From: Porticoccus sp.
GTDB lineage: Bacteria; Pseudomonadota; Gammaproteobacteria; Pseudomonadales; Porticoccaceae
Reading direction: 5' to 3'
DNA length: 64,000 nt
Assembly: GCA_002733125.1 (NCBI GenBank)
Contig: NVUM01000009.1
Location: 11,451 to 75,450 of the forward strand
How positions within the stretch are numbered: the stretch's first letter is position 1; every line of letters begins with the position of its first letter. The notes under the pieces are model-generated. The model saw nothing but the letters and a program-made list of their open reading frames with translations, ran no database searches and had not been told where the DNA came from. This document shows, piece by piece, positions 10,523 to 20,482 of this stretch. The position numbers were made by a program, and so were the translations under genes.

Positions 10523-11148
10523 TGGCGAATTTCCGGTATTTGCTGAAAGCCGGTCAACAGCCGTGCCCCCGCATCTCGCAGGGCCATCACGGTGGCCTGA
10601 TTCAGTGCCTCTTCATCCGACTTGAGGAAGCGGCTCTGGGTTTTACCATAGGCGCTCATCATCCAGTCTGTGACAGGCTGGCCATTGCCGTCGTAGACTT
10701 TCAGGTTGTATTTCAGCCACACCTCGTAGACGTTCAACTGGGTCTCCATGGGTGTGGCCAGCTGTACTTCTGTGATTTCGGGTACGATTATCAAATCCAG
10801 GGTGTTCTGGCCAGTGGGCAGGGTTTGCAAGGTCGCGCTGTTCTGAAACAGATCGGTGAATACCCGATTGAAGAGTTGTACCTGGGATTCCCCCAATGCC
10901 ATGGTGACCGGTTGCCGGTTATCTTTCTCACTGGTAAAACGATAACTGCTGAAGCTGTCATCGAGAACCAGGACCACGCTGAGGGGCTGCTTGGCAACCA
11001 GTGCAGAGGGGTAATCGCCATTGACCGTGACATTGGTGCTGCAACCGATCAGCAGGGTGATTACCGCGACAATTGGCAGTAGACGCAGATGGCTCAGTAG
11101 CTGCAAAGTCCGGCAATACGCATTAATTGATACTTGGGGTTTGGTCAT
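10468..11148 (-). CDS. Hypothetical lipoprotein
   Basis: Lipobox LLIGC; operonic spacing. Confidence 0.7.
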   Translation of the reverse strand: MTKPQVSINAYCRTLQLLSHLRLLPIVAVITLLIGCSTNVTVNGDYPSALVAKQPLSVVLVLDDSFSSYRFTSEKDNRQPVTMALGESQVQLFNRVFTDLFQNSATLQTLPTGQNTLDLIIVPEITEVQLATPMETQLNVYEVWLKYNLKVYDGNGQPVTDWMMSAYGKTQSRFLKSDEEALNQATVMALRDAGARLLTGFQQIPEIRQWLANRQAPAKLSQRTER

Positions 11149-11151
11149 AGA

Positions 11152-12159
11152 TCACTCAGGTTTGAGGCCGTTCAGCCCGACAAAAGTTCCTCCGTTACGA
11201 TAGCTCAGGTCGCGCATCAGCGCAGCAAATCTCGACGCCGTCTGCAGATTGCCACCCTTGACCATGAAATGTACCGGGAAACCGATCGTATGGATACGAA
11301 CCAGTTGCTGTCCACTGCGCCCCTCCCGATTGATTTTCTCGACACTGCTCAGGACCTCCGCTATGGACTGCCCGGTGAAATCGTCACCCAGCACATAGAG
11401 GCTGATCTTTCGGTCCGGCGCATAGAACCGGCGAATCGCATGCTGTACGCCTTCCACCGGGCTGGAGTTGCTGAAGGGCGTCCAGCTGGCCAGCCGGTCG
11501 ATAATCGCCTTGCGCCGGGCCGGTGTATCGGGAATCCATTTATCGCGATAGGTGGAGAACATATAGCCACCCATGTCGTTCATCACCTGGATACCTTTTA
11601 CCTTCGGATAGATATTGAGAATATTGATCATTTCCTGGCGCAGCCGTGGCCAGGCAAAATTGAACATGCTGCCAGAGGTGTCGATGATGAATACGATGTA
11701 TTCGCTGTCCACCGGTATACCACCAATCAATGATCGTTTATCGGGCGTCTGTCGGGCTTTTAAACGTGCCATTTCCTCCGTGAGCACCTGCAGGGCCAGT
11801 GTCAGCTTATCCTGTTCGGTGGTATCCGATTGCGCCACGGCATCCCGCTGTCGGCGAACGCTGGCCAGCTCGGATTGCAGCCGGGCGATGCGCTGGCGAA
11901 TATCGGAGAGTTGTTCCTCCTTGGACAGCAGATCGCGATTCAAAATGCGGGCTTCCCCGCGTATCTCGAAGACCTGCTGCTGTAATTCGGCCACGCTGCC
12001 TTCCGCCGGTTGCACCGAGTCCTCAAAAGCCGTCGAGTCGACAGTTTTGGCAATCAGCAATAACAGCACGATCGCGCCGAACCCGCAGCTGATGACATCC
12101 AGGAAGGAAATGCTGATCTCGGCTGTATTACCCCGTTCTTTGCGCCGACGGATACTCAT
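11152..12159 (-). CDS. ExbD/TolR-like TM + coiled coil + vWA domain protein
   Basis: Basic N-terminus, SFLDVISCGFGAIVLLLLI TM with Asp, MIDAS DTSGS. Confidence 0.8.
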   Translation of the reverse strand: MSIRRRKERGNTAEISISFLDVISCGFGAIVLLLLIAKTVDSTAFEDSVQPAEGSVAELQQQVFEIRGEARILNRDLLSKEEQLSDIRQRIARLQSELASVRRQRDAVAQSDTTEQDKLTLALQVLTEEMARLKARQTPDKRSLIGGIPVDSEYIVFIIDTSGSMFNFAWPRLRQEMINILNIYPKVKGIQVMNDMGGYMFSTYRDKWIPDTPARRKAIIDRLASWTPFSNSSPVEGVQHAIRRFYAPDRKISLYVLGDDFTGQSIAEVLSSVEKINREGRSGQQLVRIHTIGFPVHFMVKGGNLQTASRFAALMRDLSYRNGGTFVGLNGLKPE

Positions 12160-13220
12160 GGCCAGTCTCTCGAGGGGCTCATGAAAGAGCCCTGGCTGGA
12201 GAGGGCCAGTTGCCAGAAACTGGCCGCTGCCATGGGGTCACCTTCCATCGGAAACAGCAGAATATTGACCGGCAGGCGACGGGGCAACATCTGTGTGGCC
12301 TCGGCAAACAGCTTCAGGCGATCCCGCCCGGTGATGGTTTTGAACCCCGAGGATTTTCTGCCCTGGGTGGGCAAACCATCGGTGATTAAAAACAGGTTGT
12401 CCGGCGGGGTATCGAAACTGTTAATGGCCAGAAACGCATTGATCAGGCTGCTGCCCCCGGTAGGCACCACCTGTGTCAGTTTTTTGATGGCACTATCAAG
12501 GCCCTGGCGGTCGGCGGTATCCCGCCAGCGCCGGTCGTCGCCCGCGACCGCCTCGGCTGCGGTGTTGAATACATAGATCTGGTAGCGGCTGTCCTGTGGT
12601 AATTGCGCCACCAGCCACTCGGTGGTGCGGATGGCCCTCTGCCATTTCTCGGAGTTTCGCTTGACGGAATCGCTCATGTTGCGACGTCGGATCACGTTGA
12701 CAATAGAGTCCGACAGCATGCTGGCTGAAGCATCCACCAGGATCAGGATTTGCTTCCCGCCCAGTTTCAAACCGGTCAGATACTGCCGTTCACCATCACC
12801 GATAAATTGCCGCACATTGTCGGCATTCCCCTGTTCCCGAAGATTGGCGGTTTCCCGCTCCAGGATTTCGACCTGCTTGCGCAGGATTGCGATTTGCTGT
12901 TCCGGGTCCGCCTGGGCGCTGAGTTCGCGGCGGGTTTTTTCGATATCGGCGACCACCCTCGCCGATAACCCCTGCGCTTCCACCAGTGATTCATCGACGC
13001 GTGCCAGGCTGTTGCGCAGCTCCACCAGCGCTTCCTCGCCGACCCGCAAATCCTCCTGGAGCAGATTCACCTCAGCATTCAGCAGGGGATCAGCGGATTC
13101 CAGGGATGTTACGTCATGTTTAAGGATCAGAAAAAGCAGGGTAACCGCACCAAAACCACAGGCCATGATGTCGAGGAACGACAGGCTGAAGGCACTTATC
13201 CTGTGTTTTGAGCGGCGCAA
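12156..13220 (-). CDS. ExbD/TolR-like TM + coiled coil + vWA domain protein (paralog)
   Basis: SFLDIMACGFGAVTLLFLI TM, MIDAS DASAS and LITDG. Confidence 0.8.
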   Translation of the reverse strand: MRRSKHRISAFSLSFLDIMACGFGAVTLLFLILKHDVTSLESADPLLNAEVNLLQEDLRVGEEALVELRNSLARVDESLVEAQGLSARVVADIEKTRRELSAQADPEQQIAILRKQVEILERETANLREQGNADNVRQFIGDGERQYLTGLKLGGKQILILVDASASMLSDSIVNVIRRRNMSDSVKRNSEKWQRAIRTTEWLVAQLPQDSRYQIYVFNTAAEAVAGDDRRWRDTADRQGLDSAIKKLTQVVPTGGSSLINAFLAINSFDTPPDNLFLITDGLPTQGRKSSGFKTITGRDRLKLFAEATQMLPRRLPVNILLFPMEGDPMAAASFWQLALSSQGSFMSPSRDWP

Positions 13221-13221
13221 A

Positions 13222-14547
13222 TCAGGTCACCTCGATCAGGTCCAGCTGATCGACGCCTACCTGGAGGCTGTCGCCGGCCCGCAGGTCCGTGGGGTCACCT
13301 TCGACCGTAACAGCAGCACTGGCGGTGCTGAGCTGCACGCTGTCCTGTTCGCGAACCAGGCAGCAGTCGCCCCCGGCGCCTTGTGTAAAACGCAATTGAT
13401 CGCCATTCCGTGTAATCGCCAGACGATTGCTGATGGCATAGGCCCGGTGTTGATAGAGTAGGTGGGTCGCCGGGGCAGAGGTTTTTTCCAGAGCAACAAC
13501 CGGCCGGGGGGCTTGCTCAGATGCCTGTTCGGATATCGCTGCTGTTGCTGTGCTCGTGGCAACCGGTTTGCAGGGAAGCCGGGTAATAAAGTGGAGATTT
13601 TCAGGGTCACCAGTGATGACCTCCAGATGATTTCGGCAACCGGTAATGACGGCGTTCTCATCCAGCGTGGCAGACGGGGCGAGATGCTCCCGGATGCCCG
13701 GCAATTGCGCGGCGCGATGACTTAGTAGCAGGGTCTCGCCATTGGTTTTCAAGTCCGACAGTTTGCCCTGCAGCAACTGGAATCGCGATGCGCTGCTGGC
13801 CAGTAGCTCGGTGCGGCTGAGTACCAGTCGGTAATGTCCCTGTGGGCTGTCCAGTTCGGCGGTGATTTCCGCCTGGCCCTGCAGTGCCGATAACCAGACC
13901 GGCAAACGGTTGTACAGCTGTTGCTCTCCCGCAGCGGTGTGCAGGGGATCATAGCGATACTGCCGAATAAACTGGTTGGCGATGTGTTGTGCCCAGAGGT
14001 CATGGAAGGCTTTCAGGCCAACATTGCTGATGATTTCCACGCCGGTGCGCTCAATCTGCTGGGCCACATCAAGCCGGGTAATTACGGTCTGGTGGAGCTG
14101 AATATCCAGATGAACCAGGGTCCCGGTTGCGCCAGCGTGACTGGCGGCGGCCACGGCGGCGTCCACCAGCCCGGTTGCCTCAAACGGCGAGGCTTTCGCC
14201 AGGCCCAGCAGAATGGATAACTGGCCCCGGTCAAAACTGCCGGGAACGGCAAAGACCACCTGATCCGGGTGACCGCTGTCTCGGTGCAGTGCCAGAAGTT
14301 GCGCGTAGGCCATATCGGCGTAGTGGCGCGCATGCTTGCTGGTGACGGGCAGGGGGGACAGGTTGAGTTGCCACCAGTACTGGTTGAAGCTCTGCTGTGG
14401 TTCGAGGTAGGCGCGCTGCAGGGCGGCTTCACCGGTGGTGATACCCTCGGGGGTGAGCAGTGCATAGCCGGGACTGACGGTCAAACCCCCCCGATCATTT
14501 ACGCAGCAAATACCTGCGTCATTCAATTCGATGATGGCAACACTCAT
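13222..14547 (-). CDS. Hypothetical protein with degenerate Hsp70/actin-like fold
   Basis: VFAVPGSF...LVDAAVAAA...LVHLDIQ parallels Hsp70 VITVPAYF...IINEPTAAA...LVYDLG. Confidence 0.6.
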   Translation of the reverse strand: MSVAIIELNDAGICCVNDRGGLTVSPGYALLTPEGITTGEAALQRAYLEPQQSFNQYWWQLNLSPLPVTSKHARHYADMAYAQLLALHRDSGHPDQVVFAVPGSFDRGQLSILLGLAKASPFEATGLVDAAVAAASHAGATGTLVHLDIQLHQTVITRLDVAQQIERTGVEIISNVGLKAFHDLWAQHIANQFIRQYRYDPLHTAAGEQQLYNRLPVWLSALQGQAEITAELDSPQGHYRLVLSRTELLASSASRFQLLQGKLSDLKTNGETLLLSHRAAQLPGIREHLAPSATLDENAVITGCRNHLEVITGDPENLHFITRLPCKPVATSTATAAISEQASEQAPRPVVALEKTSAPATHLLYQHRAYAISNRLAITRNGDQLRFTQGAGGDCCLVREQDSVQLSTASAAVTVEGDPTDLRAGDSLQVGVDQLDLIEVT

Positions 14548-14567
14548 GATGTGGTCTGTTCCGCTGT

Positions 14568-15365
14568 TCAGTCGGTTTTCAGGTGACGCAGCAAATTGCT
14601 GTCACAGTAGCTGTGGGTGTCCAGCACCAGCCGCTCCTGGAGCAGCTGCAGTTGATGCAGCATGAACATCACCACAATACTGATAACCAGAGCAATAAAT
14701 GTGGAGTTGAACGCTACCCCCAGACTGGCCGTGACACCGGCAATATCGCCTTCCACCGCCTTGTGTGCCTGGCTGAGGGCCTCCCCGATACCGCGAACCG
14801 TGCCGATAAAACCGATGGATGGAATCGCCCAGGCGATATAGCGAACCATGGATAATTCCGAGTCGAGTCGGTCGGATTCGGTATCCAGGACGTCGCCCAC
14901 GGCGCTGGAGACGTCCTGGATATTGCGCGTCGAACCGAAGCGCTGCAGTGCCGCCAGCAGTGTCCGTGGCACCAGATAGCCCTGTTGTGCCTCGGGCAGG
15001 GCCTGAACGGGACGGGACATTTGTCGCGCATCCTCCGGCAGCACACGACTGCCCTCACTGACACCGAGTAACTGCAGGGACAGCAGCTTCCGCTCATTGA
15101 GGGTGCGGCGGGCTTTGTAACCCATGATGGCAAAGGCCCAAAGCATCAGAATAAAGCAGGCTTCCTGTTCATAATCCTTCACCACAATGTAAAAAGAGCG
15201 CTCTGCCACATAGGCTTCGCCCGCGGCTTCCCGGGCCAACTGCTCCTGTAAAATGGCATTGGCGTTGGGGCGAATCAGCGTCACGTAGAAACTGTGCACC
15301 AGAATCAGGGCCAGAATCAGGGCGAACAGCTGGTAGAGAAACTCCGAGGAGGTGTTATTCCGCAT
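14568..15365 (-). CDS. MotA/TolQ/ExbB proton channel family protein
   Basis: IPSIGFIGTVRGI and LGVAFNSTFIAL TM motifs. Confidence 0.9.
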   Translation of the reverse strand: MRNNTSSEFLYQLFALILALILVHSFYVTLIRPNANAILQEQLAREAAGEAYVAERSFYIVVKDYEQEACFILMLWAFAIMGYKARRTLNERKLLSLQLLGVSEGSRVLPEDARQMSRPVQALPEAQQGYLVPRTLLAALQRFGSTRNIQDVSSAVGDVLDTESDRLDSELSMVRYIAWAIPSIGFIGTVRGIGEALSQAHKAVEGDIAGVTASLGVAFNSTFIALVISIVVMFMLHQLQLLQERLVLDTHSYCDSNLLRHLKTD

Positions 15366-15437
15366 AGGTGGCTACTCCGCAAATATCCGGGCCGGGTTGA
15401 TGATAACTGGCAGGGTTGTAATGGCTGTGTGAGGGTG

Positions 15438-15731
15438 TCATATATCCACCGGAAAGGGGATGGCAATATCCTCGGAAATTTCTTCCGTCGGGGAAAAGTC
15501 CGGGGTTGACCGCTTAGACGTGCTTGGCGGGGCCGGTTTGGCCGGTGGGGAGCTGGCGGCATCGCCGCTTGATTGCTCACCTGCCGCATCTGTCGCCTGT
15601 GCCTGTTTTGTGTCTGGCTCTTTGCCTGACTCTGGTTCTCGCCCTGGTTCATTGGCATCGGCGATCAGGCAGGCCGGGAGTCCGCCTATCAGCAGCGCCG
15701 CGAGGCAGGTCTTGATAGTCTTTAGCACCAC
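15438..15731 (-). CDS. Small exported low-complexity protein
   Basis: Signal peptide, P/S/E-rich body, C-terminal FSPTEEISEDIAIPFPVDI. Confidence 0.65.
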   Translation of the reverse strand: MVLKTIKTCLAALLIGGLPACLIADANEPGREPESGKEPDTKQAQATDAAGEQSSGDAASSPPAKPAPPSTSKRSTPDFSPTEEISEDIAIPFPVDI

Positions 15732-15737
15732 AGGTTA

Positions 15738-17795
15738 TCACTCCACATTGCGTGCCACCCTGAAGCCCAGGTCGTCCCTGCCATCGAGACCGTAATCGCG
15801 GTAGGACAGCCGCAATTGAATGATGTTGCCGTGGCGCCAGCTGGCCCCCCGAATCACGCGAAACTCCCCGGAAGCCGGTCCGGTGGGATCTTTTTCAGCG
15901 CCGCTACCAAGACTGAATTCAATACCATAATAATCATTGACCCACTCTGCCACATTGCCCTCCAGGTCGTGGAGTCCCCGGTGATTTGCGGAGAAGCTGC
16001 CCACCGGTGCAGAGACGGCAAAACCGTCGTTGTAGCCGGTCAGCACCTGATCAACCACTCTCGAAGCGCTGCTGTCGGCAAAGTTTCCGGCTCCGTCGGC
16101 CGGTGGAAATTGCTGTCCCCAGCCAAAGCGTTTTGCATCGCCGGAGGTGGCTCGCGCGGCCCATGCCCATTCCGCTTCAGTGGGCAGGCGGTAGCCATTG
16201 GCAGTGGGGTTGGTACCGGTGATCTTGCCACCGGACTCCGTGTAGAAAAGCGGCAGATTTTCTCTGGCACTTAGCCAGTTGCAATAACGGGCGGCCTGAT
16301 CCCAACTGACATTCACCACCGGTTGCTCCGGTTGGTCCAGCGTTGTGCCACGCACATGCAACGAACTGTGCTGACGGGCAAACTGCTTGAATTGCCGATT
16401 GGTCACTTCTTTTGTGGCGAGGTAGAACGGACGGGTCAGCTGCACATCGCGCAACACTTCATTAGCCCTTCGACCGGTTTCACGGCGCGGTGCGCCCATC
16501 GTGAAGGTGCCCTCGGGTCGGAATAGTGTCAATGTCTGCCCCGCCTTGCTGGTAATGCTGGTGGGTGTGTTGGCCCACTTGGCGGCCTGCTCAGTGAGCA
16601 GCTTTACCTGTACCAGTTGATCGAGTCCCGGCTTCGGCGTGATGGTGCGCGTTTCAGTGGCGTAGCCGGGCTTGCGGATTTCTATCCGGTGGGGGCGGGC
16701 GGGCAGGCTGAAGGTCTGACCCGGTTTGCCCTTTGCTACCCCGTCGATCCAGACAGTCGCATCTGCCGGATTGGCGGACACCCGGATTTTGCCCATGCTG
16801 GCATTGAGGGTGATCGACAGTTGCCTTTTCTCGCCTGCAGAGAGCGTCAGCGCCTGTTTGCTGGTGATATAGCCGTTGGCAAAAAAAGACAGTTGGTGTG
16901 ACTGGTCTGGCGGTAATTCCAGATCCACCGGTGTGACGCCTCGATAGGCACCGTTTACCGTCACGGTGGCACCGTTCGGTGAGCTGGTCACTGAGACGGT
17001 TGCATCGGCGGGCTCGAAAATGATCTCTGGTAGTGTAAGGGTTTCACCCACGCCGACGCGCAGCTTTTGCTGCCAGGTCTTGAACCCCTCTAGCTGCACA
17101 CGGACATCCTCGCCCTTGGCAAGGAGTTCTGTTACCAGGGGGGTACGACCTCGCGATTCGCCCTCGATAATGACCTCCGCCCCGCTGGGTTTGGAGCTTA
17201 ACTGAACCTGTCCCCAGGCCGGTGCCAGGGTCACCGCCAGTGATTGGGTGCGATCCAGACCGACGATGGTCACGGTGTCTTTTGCGGGAGAATAGCGCGG
17301 GGCCTGGATGACCAGTTGGTGATCGCCCGGCGGCAGGTCGCGAACCGTCAGGGGGGTTGTTCCCGCAGGTTTGCCGTTTACCAGTACCTCCGCACCGGCG
17401 GGGGTGCTGGTGAGATCCAGATGCCCCGGTTTTTTAGCCATCGCCAGTTCCAGCAACTGATGCTTGTCGGGGCCGACTGAAAAGGCTTGTTGGAAGGGGA
17501 GGTAGCCCTCAGCCGTGGCGCTTATCCGATAATCCCCCGGACGAATCAGATAGTGGTCAGCCAGCTTGAACGTGATGCCGCCGCTGATCGAGATATCAGC
17601 GCTGGAGGGGCTGACTTGTACGACCACCGATTTGGCCGTGAACAAAAACCCCAGAATCAGGCCGCTCATCAGCAGTGCTGCGGCGATGATGCCCGTCAGG
17701 GGTTTGATGGTGAAACGTCTGCTGGCAGCGGTCTCGCCCAGGGGCACAAAGGTTGCCGGCTCGATAGCCTGTGGCTGTTGCCGATGATCGGTCAC
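15738..17795 (-). CDS. Membrane-anchored PEGA-repeat + FGE-sulfatase (SUMF1-like) domain protein
   Basis: Repeated S.P.GAEV..NG...G.TP PEGA units; FTMG, EVTN, PVVNVSW, RLPTEAEW, GNVAEW, RGASW, GFR. Confidence 0.9.
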   Translation of the reverse strand: MTDHRQQPQAIEPATFVPLGETAASRRFTIKPLTGIIAAALLMSGLILGFLFTAKSVVVQVSPSSADISISGGITFKLADHYLIRPGDYRISATAEGYLPFQQAFSVGPDKHQLLELAMAKKPGHLDLTSTPAGAEVLVNGKPAGTTPLTVRDLPPGDHQLVIQAPRYSPAKDTVTIVGLDRTQSLAVTLAPAWGQVQLSSKPSGAEVIIEGESRGRTPLVTELLAKGEDVRVQLEGFKTWQQKLRVGVGETLTLPEIIFEPADATVSVTSSPNGATVTVNGAYRGVTPVDLELPPDQSHQLSFFANGYITSKQALTLSAGEKRQLSITLNASMGKIRVSANPADATVWIDGVAKGKPGQTFSLPARPHRIEIRKPGYATETRTITPKPGLDQLVQVKLLTEQAAKWANTPTSITSKAGQTLTLFRPEGTFTMGAPRRETGRRANEVLRDVQLTRPFYLATKEVTNRQFKQFARQHSSLHVRGTTLDQPEQPVVNVSWDQAARYCNWLSARENLPLFYTESGGKITGTNPTANGYRLPTEAEWAWAARATSGDAKRFGWGQQFPPADGAGNFADSSASRVVDQVLTGYNDGFAVSAPVGSFSANHRGLHDLEGNVAEWVNDYYGIEFSLGSGAEKDPTGPASGEFRVIRGASWRHGNIIQLRLSYRDYGLDGRDDLGFRVARNVE

Positions 17796-19291
17796 GAGAT
17801 CGGGTCCTTACAGATCACTACCACCGGTTGGCTGAGTCCCTCCGGGCCAAGCTGGAACTCCACCCGGACATCCCGATAGCCGCGACGGGTTCCCACTGCG
17901 ACGTATTTTCCGGGAATCAGTGAGATCTGCTTGCGCTGAAACTTACCGAGTTCACCCTCTCGGTAGAGTGTGACCAGGGTGTCCTGGTCGGACACCAGCT
18001 CTACCCGAACGGGGGTGGTCGCTGTTTTCACCGTTTGATCCAGGCGGCTGATCTGTTCCTTTAATTTGGCGCCGGGAGACTTGATGGCTCGTGCGTCTGC
18101 CAGAATCCGTTGAGCCTCTTGTCGTACGTTATCGGATGACAGGCGCAGCGGCTGATCAAGTATGCCGCGAATCTGGTCATCCAGTTGTGCGCGGGCGGCA
18201 CTGCGAATCTGCCCCAGCCGGGCCTCCATCACGGAGCTGTCTATCGCCATAACCCTGGCGTAAGTATCCCGGGCCTGATGCCACTGCTCGCGACTTTCCA
18301 GCGCTGTGGCCTGGCTCAGCAGGGATTGAAGGGTTTGCTTGGTGGCGGCGCTGGATGCCTGGGTGAGCCCGCTGCGGGCCGCCGGATCATCCGGCTTGAG
18401 TTGCAGGGCCTGTTTGAACGCGGTTTTTGCGCTGTCCAGCTGGTTGCGTTCCAGTGCGGTGTAACCACGGCTCATGGCCTCATTAAACCGGTTGTCCAGG
18501 ATTTTGGCATCGACGGCTTCCAGTCCGGCAGCGGCGGGCATGTGGTCAGCGTCCAGTTCCAGCGCTTCCCGATAGAGGGTTCTGGCCTGGGACAGGTCGT
18601 TGTTTTGCCGGGCGATGGCGGCCTCCGCCACCAGCTCGATGACCTGGTCCAGCACCTCGGCTCTGGCCAGGCCACGGGCCGCCTCGGCATTATCCGGCGC
18701 AATGGCCTGCACCTGTTCAAACTGCCGGGTTGCTTCCTCAGCATCACCGTTGTTGAGCGCGGTTTGTCCCGCCGCCAGTGCGTCGCTGACCCGCTGAGGG
18801 ATAGCCGTTTCCAGTGCGATGAGTTGATCCAGGGCTGACTGGTAGGCGTCCTGTGCCTGATCGAAGGCGCGCTGGCGATAGTGGGTATCGCCAGTGGCAG
18901 CAACCGCAAGTGCCCTGTCAAAGGCTTCCCTGTCCCAGAGTTCTACATTTTTGCTCTCGAGAAAGGCCTGCTTTTCCAGGATCTTGCTCAGTACATCCTG
19001 TGCCGCACGCCTCGCTGTGGCTAACTGTGCGTCGCGAAACGGTGATTCCGCTGTCGGGGTGGCGGGACGGTCGGATGAAATTGGCACAGGGGGGGTGTCC
19101 GGCGGTTGAACCAGTGTCGGAAGTACAAAGATCACTACCAATGCCAGCAACACACAGATGGCCAGCGCCACCCAGCTGGCGCGTCGCTGTTGCCAGGGCA
19201 GGTTCTCCGCTTTGCCGTTGTCGTCGGCGGTGACGGGAGTAAATGCTATGTCGCTCGGCCTGATCGGGTCCTGGTCGTTACTTGTACTCAT
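17792..19291 (-). CDS. Membrane-anchored TPR protein
   Basis: Single TM, repeated A...F..AL.L.PD...A..GL units; start ATG 19291. Confidence 0.8.
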   Translation of the reverse strand: MSTSNDQDPIRPSDIAFTPVTADDNGKAENLPWQQRRASWVALAICVLLALVVIFVLPTLVQPPDTPPVPISSDRPATPTAESPFRDAQLATARRAAQDVLSKILEKQAFLESKNVELWDREAFDRALAVAATGDTHYRQRAFDQAQDAYQSALDQLIALETAIPQRVSDALAAGQTALNNGDAEEATRQFEQVQAIAPDNAEAARGLARAEVLDQVIELVAEAAIARQNNDLSQARTLYREALELDADHMPAAAGLEAVDAKILDNRFNEAMSRGYTALERNQLDSAKTAFKQALQLKPDDPAARSGLTQASSAATKQTLQSLLSQATALESREQWHQARDTYARVMAIDSSVMEARLGQIRSAARAQLDDQIRGILDQPLRLSSDNVRQEAQRILADARAIKSPGAKLKEQISRLDQTVKTATTPVRVELVSDQDTLVTLYREGELGKFQRKQISLIPGKYVAVGTRRGYRDVRVEFQLGPEGLSQPVVVICKDPIS

Positions 19292-19296
19292 GGGGC

Positions 19297-20478
19297 TTAA
19301 ATTCCACCGCGTTCGGCCTGGTAAATCTCCCGCAGCAGGGTTTTCCACTGTGCATATTGGGCGGCGGCATTGCCGGTCAGGGTAATTGTGCGATCTTCCA
19401 GCTCAATGACCCTGGGTTCTATTTCGGCTTCAAGCGATTGGGCGAGCTCGGCGAGCGTGTCCTCATGGATCTGCAGTTCGGCTCTTTTTGACAGACCGCT
19501 TTTTACCAGCAGGGCCCCGCTACCGATAGCCACTGCCCCGGCAGCGCGTCCTGAACCGCTGTTGCTGCCGGAGGCCAGAATACCGCCGATAATCGCGGCT
19601 ACCCCGCCGATAGTGCGATTGCGCGATTGGCGTTTCAATTCTCTGAGCGCCACGAGCTCGTTGTAACTGGCGGCCCGCCATTCCTGATAGGGGCTGTCCA
19701 TGCGGCGGGTAAAGGCGTCGTAATGTTCCTGCATGGTATCGATGAAAAGGTAGTCGCGCTGGCGAATCTGCCGGATGCGTTGCAGGATAGGATCATTCTC
19801 AGCCGGCAGACGGCTGATTTCCAGTTGGCCACCCGGTGTCTCCCTGATATGGTCGCTGAATGCCTCCGGGGAAAAATCCCGCGCAAAACGCAGTTCCGCT
19901 ATGGTGCGCAGCTTTTTGACATTAGCCGAACTCATCTGCTGACGGTATTCCAGCAGGTCGTTGGCAATCCGGTTATAGAGGCCCTGAAACGGGTCTCGCT
20001 GTAACTGGTTTTGCCGGTTGTAGGCATAGTTGCCCACCGTTTCGGTGTAGGACTTGGTATACCAGTGGCGGTTGCTGGAATCGGTGACGGTGATATCCAG
20101 TGCCAGTGTTTCGCCGTTGGAGGCGACAATTTTCCCGGCCACATAGACCTCTGTGACCGTTTCCTTACCGGGTACCAGTCGCACTGCGCCCCAGGCGCCG
20201 GTTTTCTGAATGGTCGCGGCCAGCTGGTTTGGCAGGTACTGTGCTTCGGCTGTGCGCACGGTTGGCGAGACACTGGTATCGTCCGATTCGATGTTTTCCA
20301 GACCGGGCTCGAAAGGCAGCACTGCCAAGTCGAGTAGCTGTGACTCAACCACTGGCGCAGTCTGCTGCTCCAGCGGTGTCACGACTGTACTGGTGACCCG
20401 GTTGGTGCTGCAGGCCGCCAATAACAGCAGCGCAGACAATACGAAGACCCGTTGTAGTAGATACTTCCAGTTGGCCAA
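19297..20478 (-). CDS. Hypothetical lipoprotein
   Basis: Lipobox LLLAAC; glycine-zipper-like segment near C-terminus. Confidence 0.75.
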   Translation of the reverse strand: MANWKYLLQRVFVLSALLLLAACSTNRVTSTVVTPLEQQTAPVVESQLLDLAVLPFEPGLENIESDDTSVSPTVRTAEAQYLPNQLAATIQKTGAWGAVRLVPGKETVTEVYVAGKIVASNGETLALDITVTDSSNRHWYTKSYTETVGNYAYNRQNQLQRDPFQGLYNRIANDLLEYRQQMSSANVKKLRTIAELRFARDFSPEAFSDHIRETPGGQLEISRLPAENDPILQRIRQIRQRDYLFIDTMQEHYDAFTRRMDSPYQEWRAASYNELVALRELKRQSRNRTIGGVAAIIGGILASGSNSGSGRAAGAVAIGSGALLVKSGLSKRAELQIHEDTLAELAQSLEAEIEPRVIELEDRTITLTGNAAAQYAQWKTLLREIYQAERGGI

Positions 20479-20482
20479 CCTG

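Noticed and set aside
11152-15365. Zorya (ZorAB) defence system
   Set aside because: MotA-like protein lacks the long ZorA tail, partners carry vWA rather than OmpA-like domains, no ZorC/D/E, and composition is host-like.
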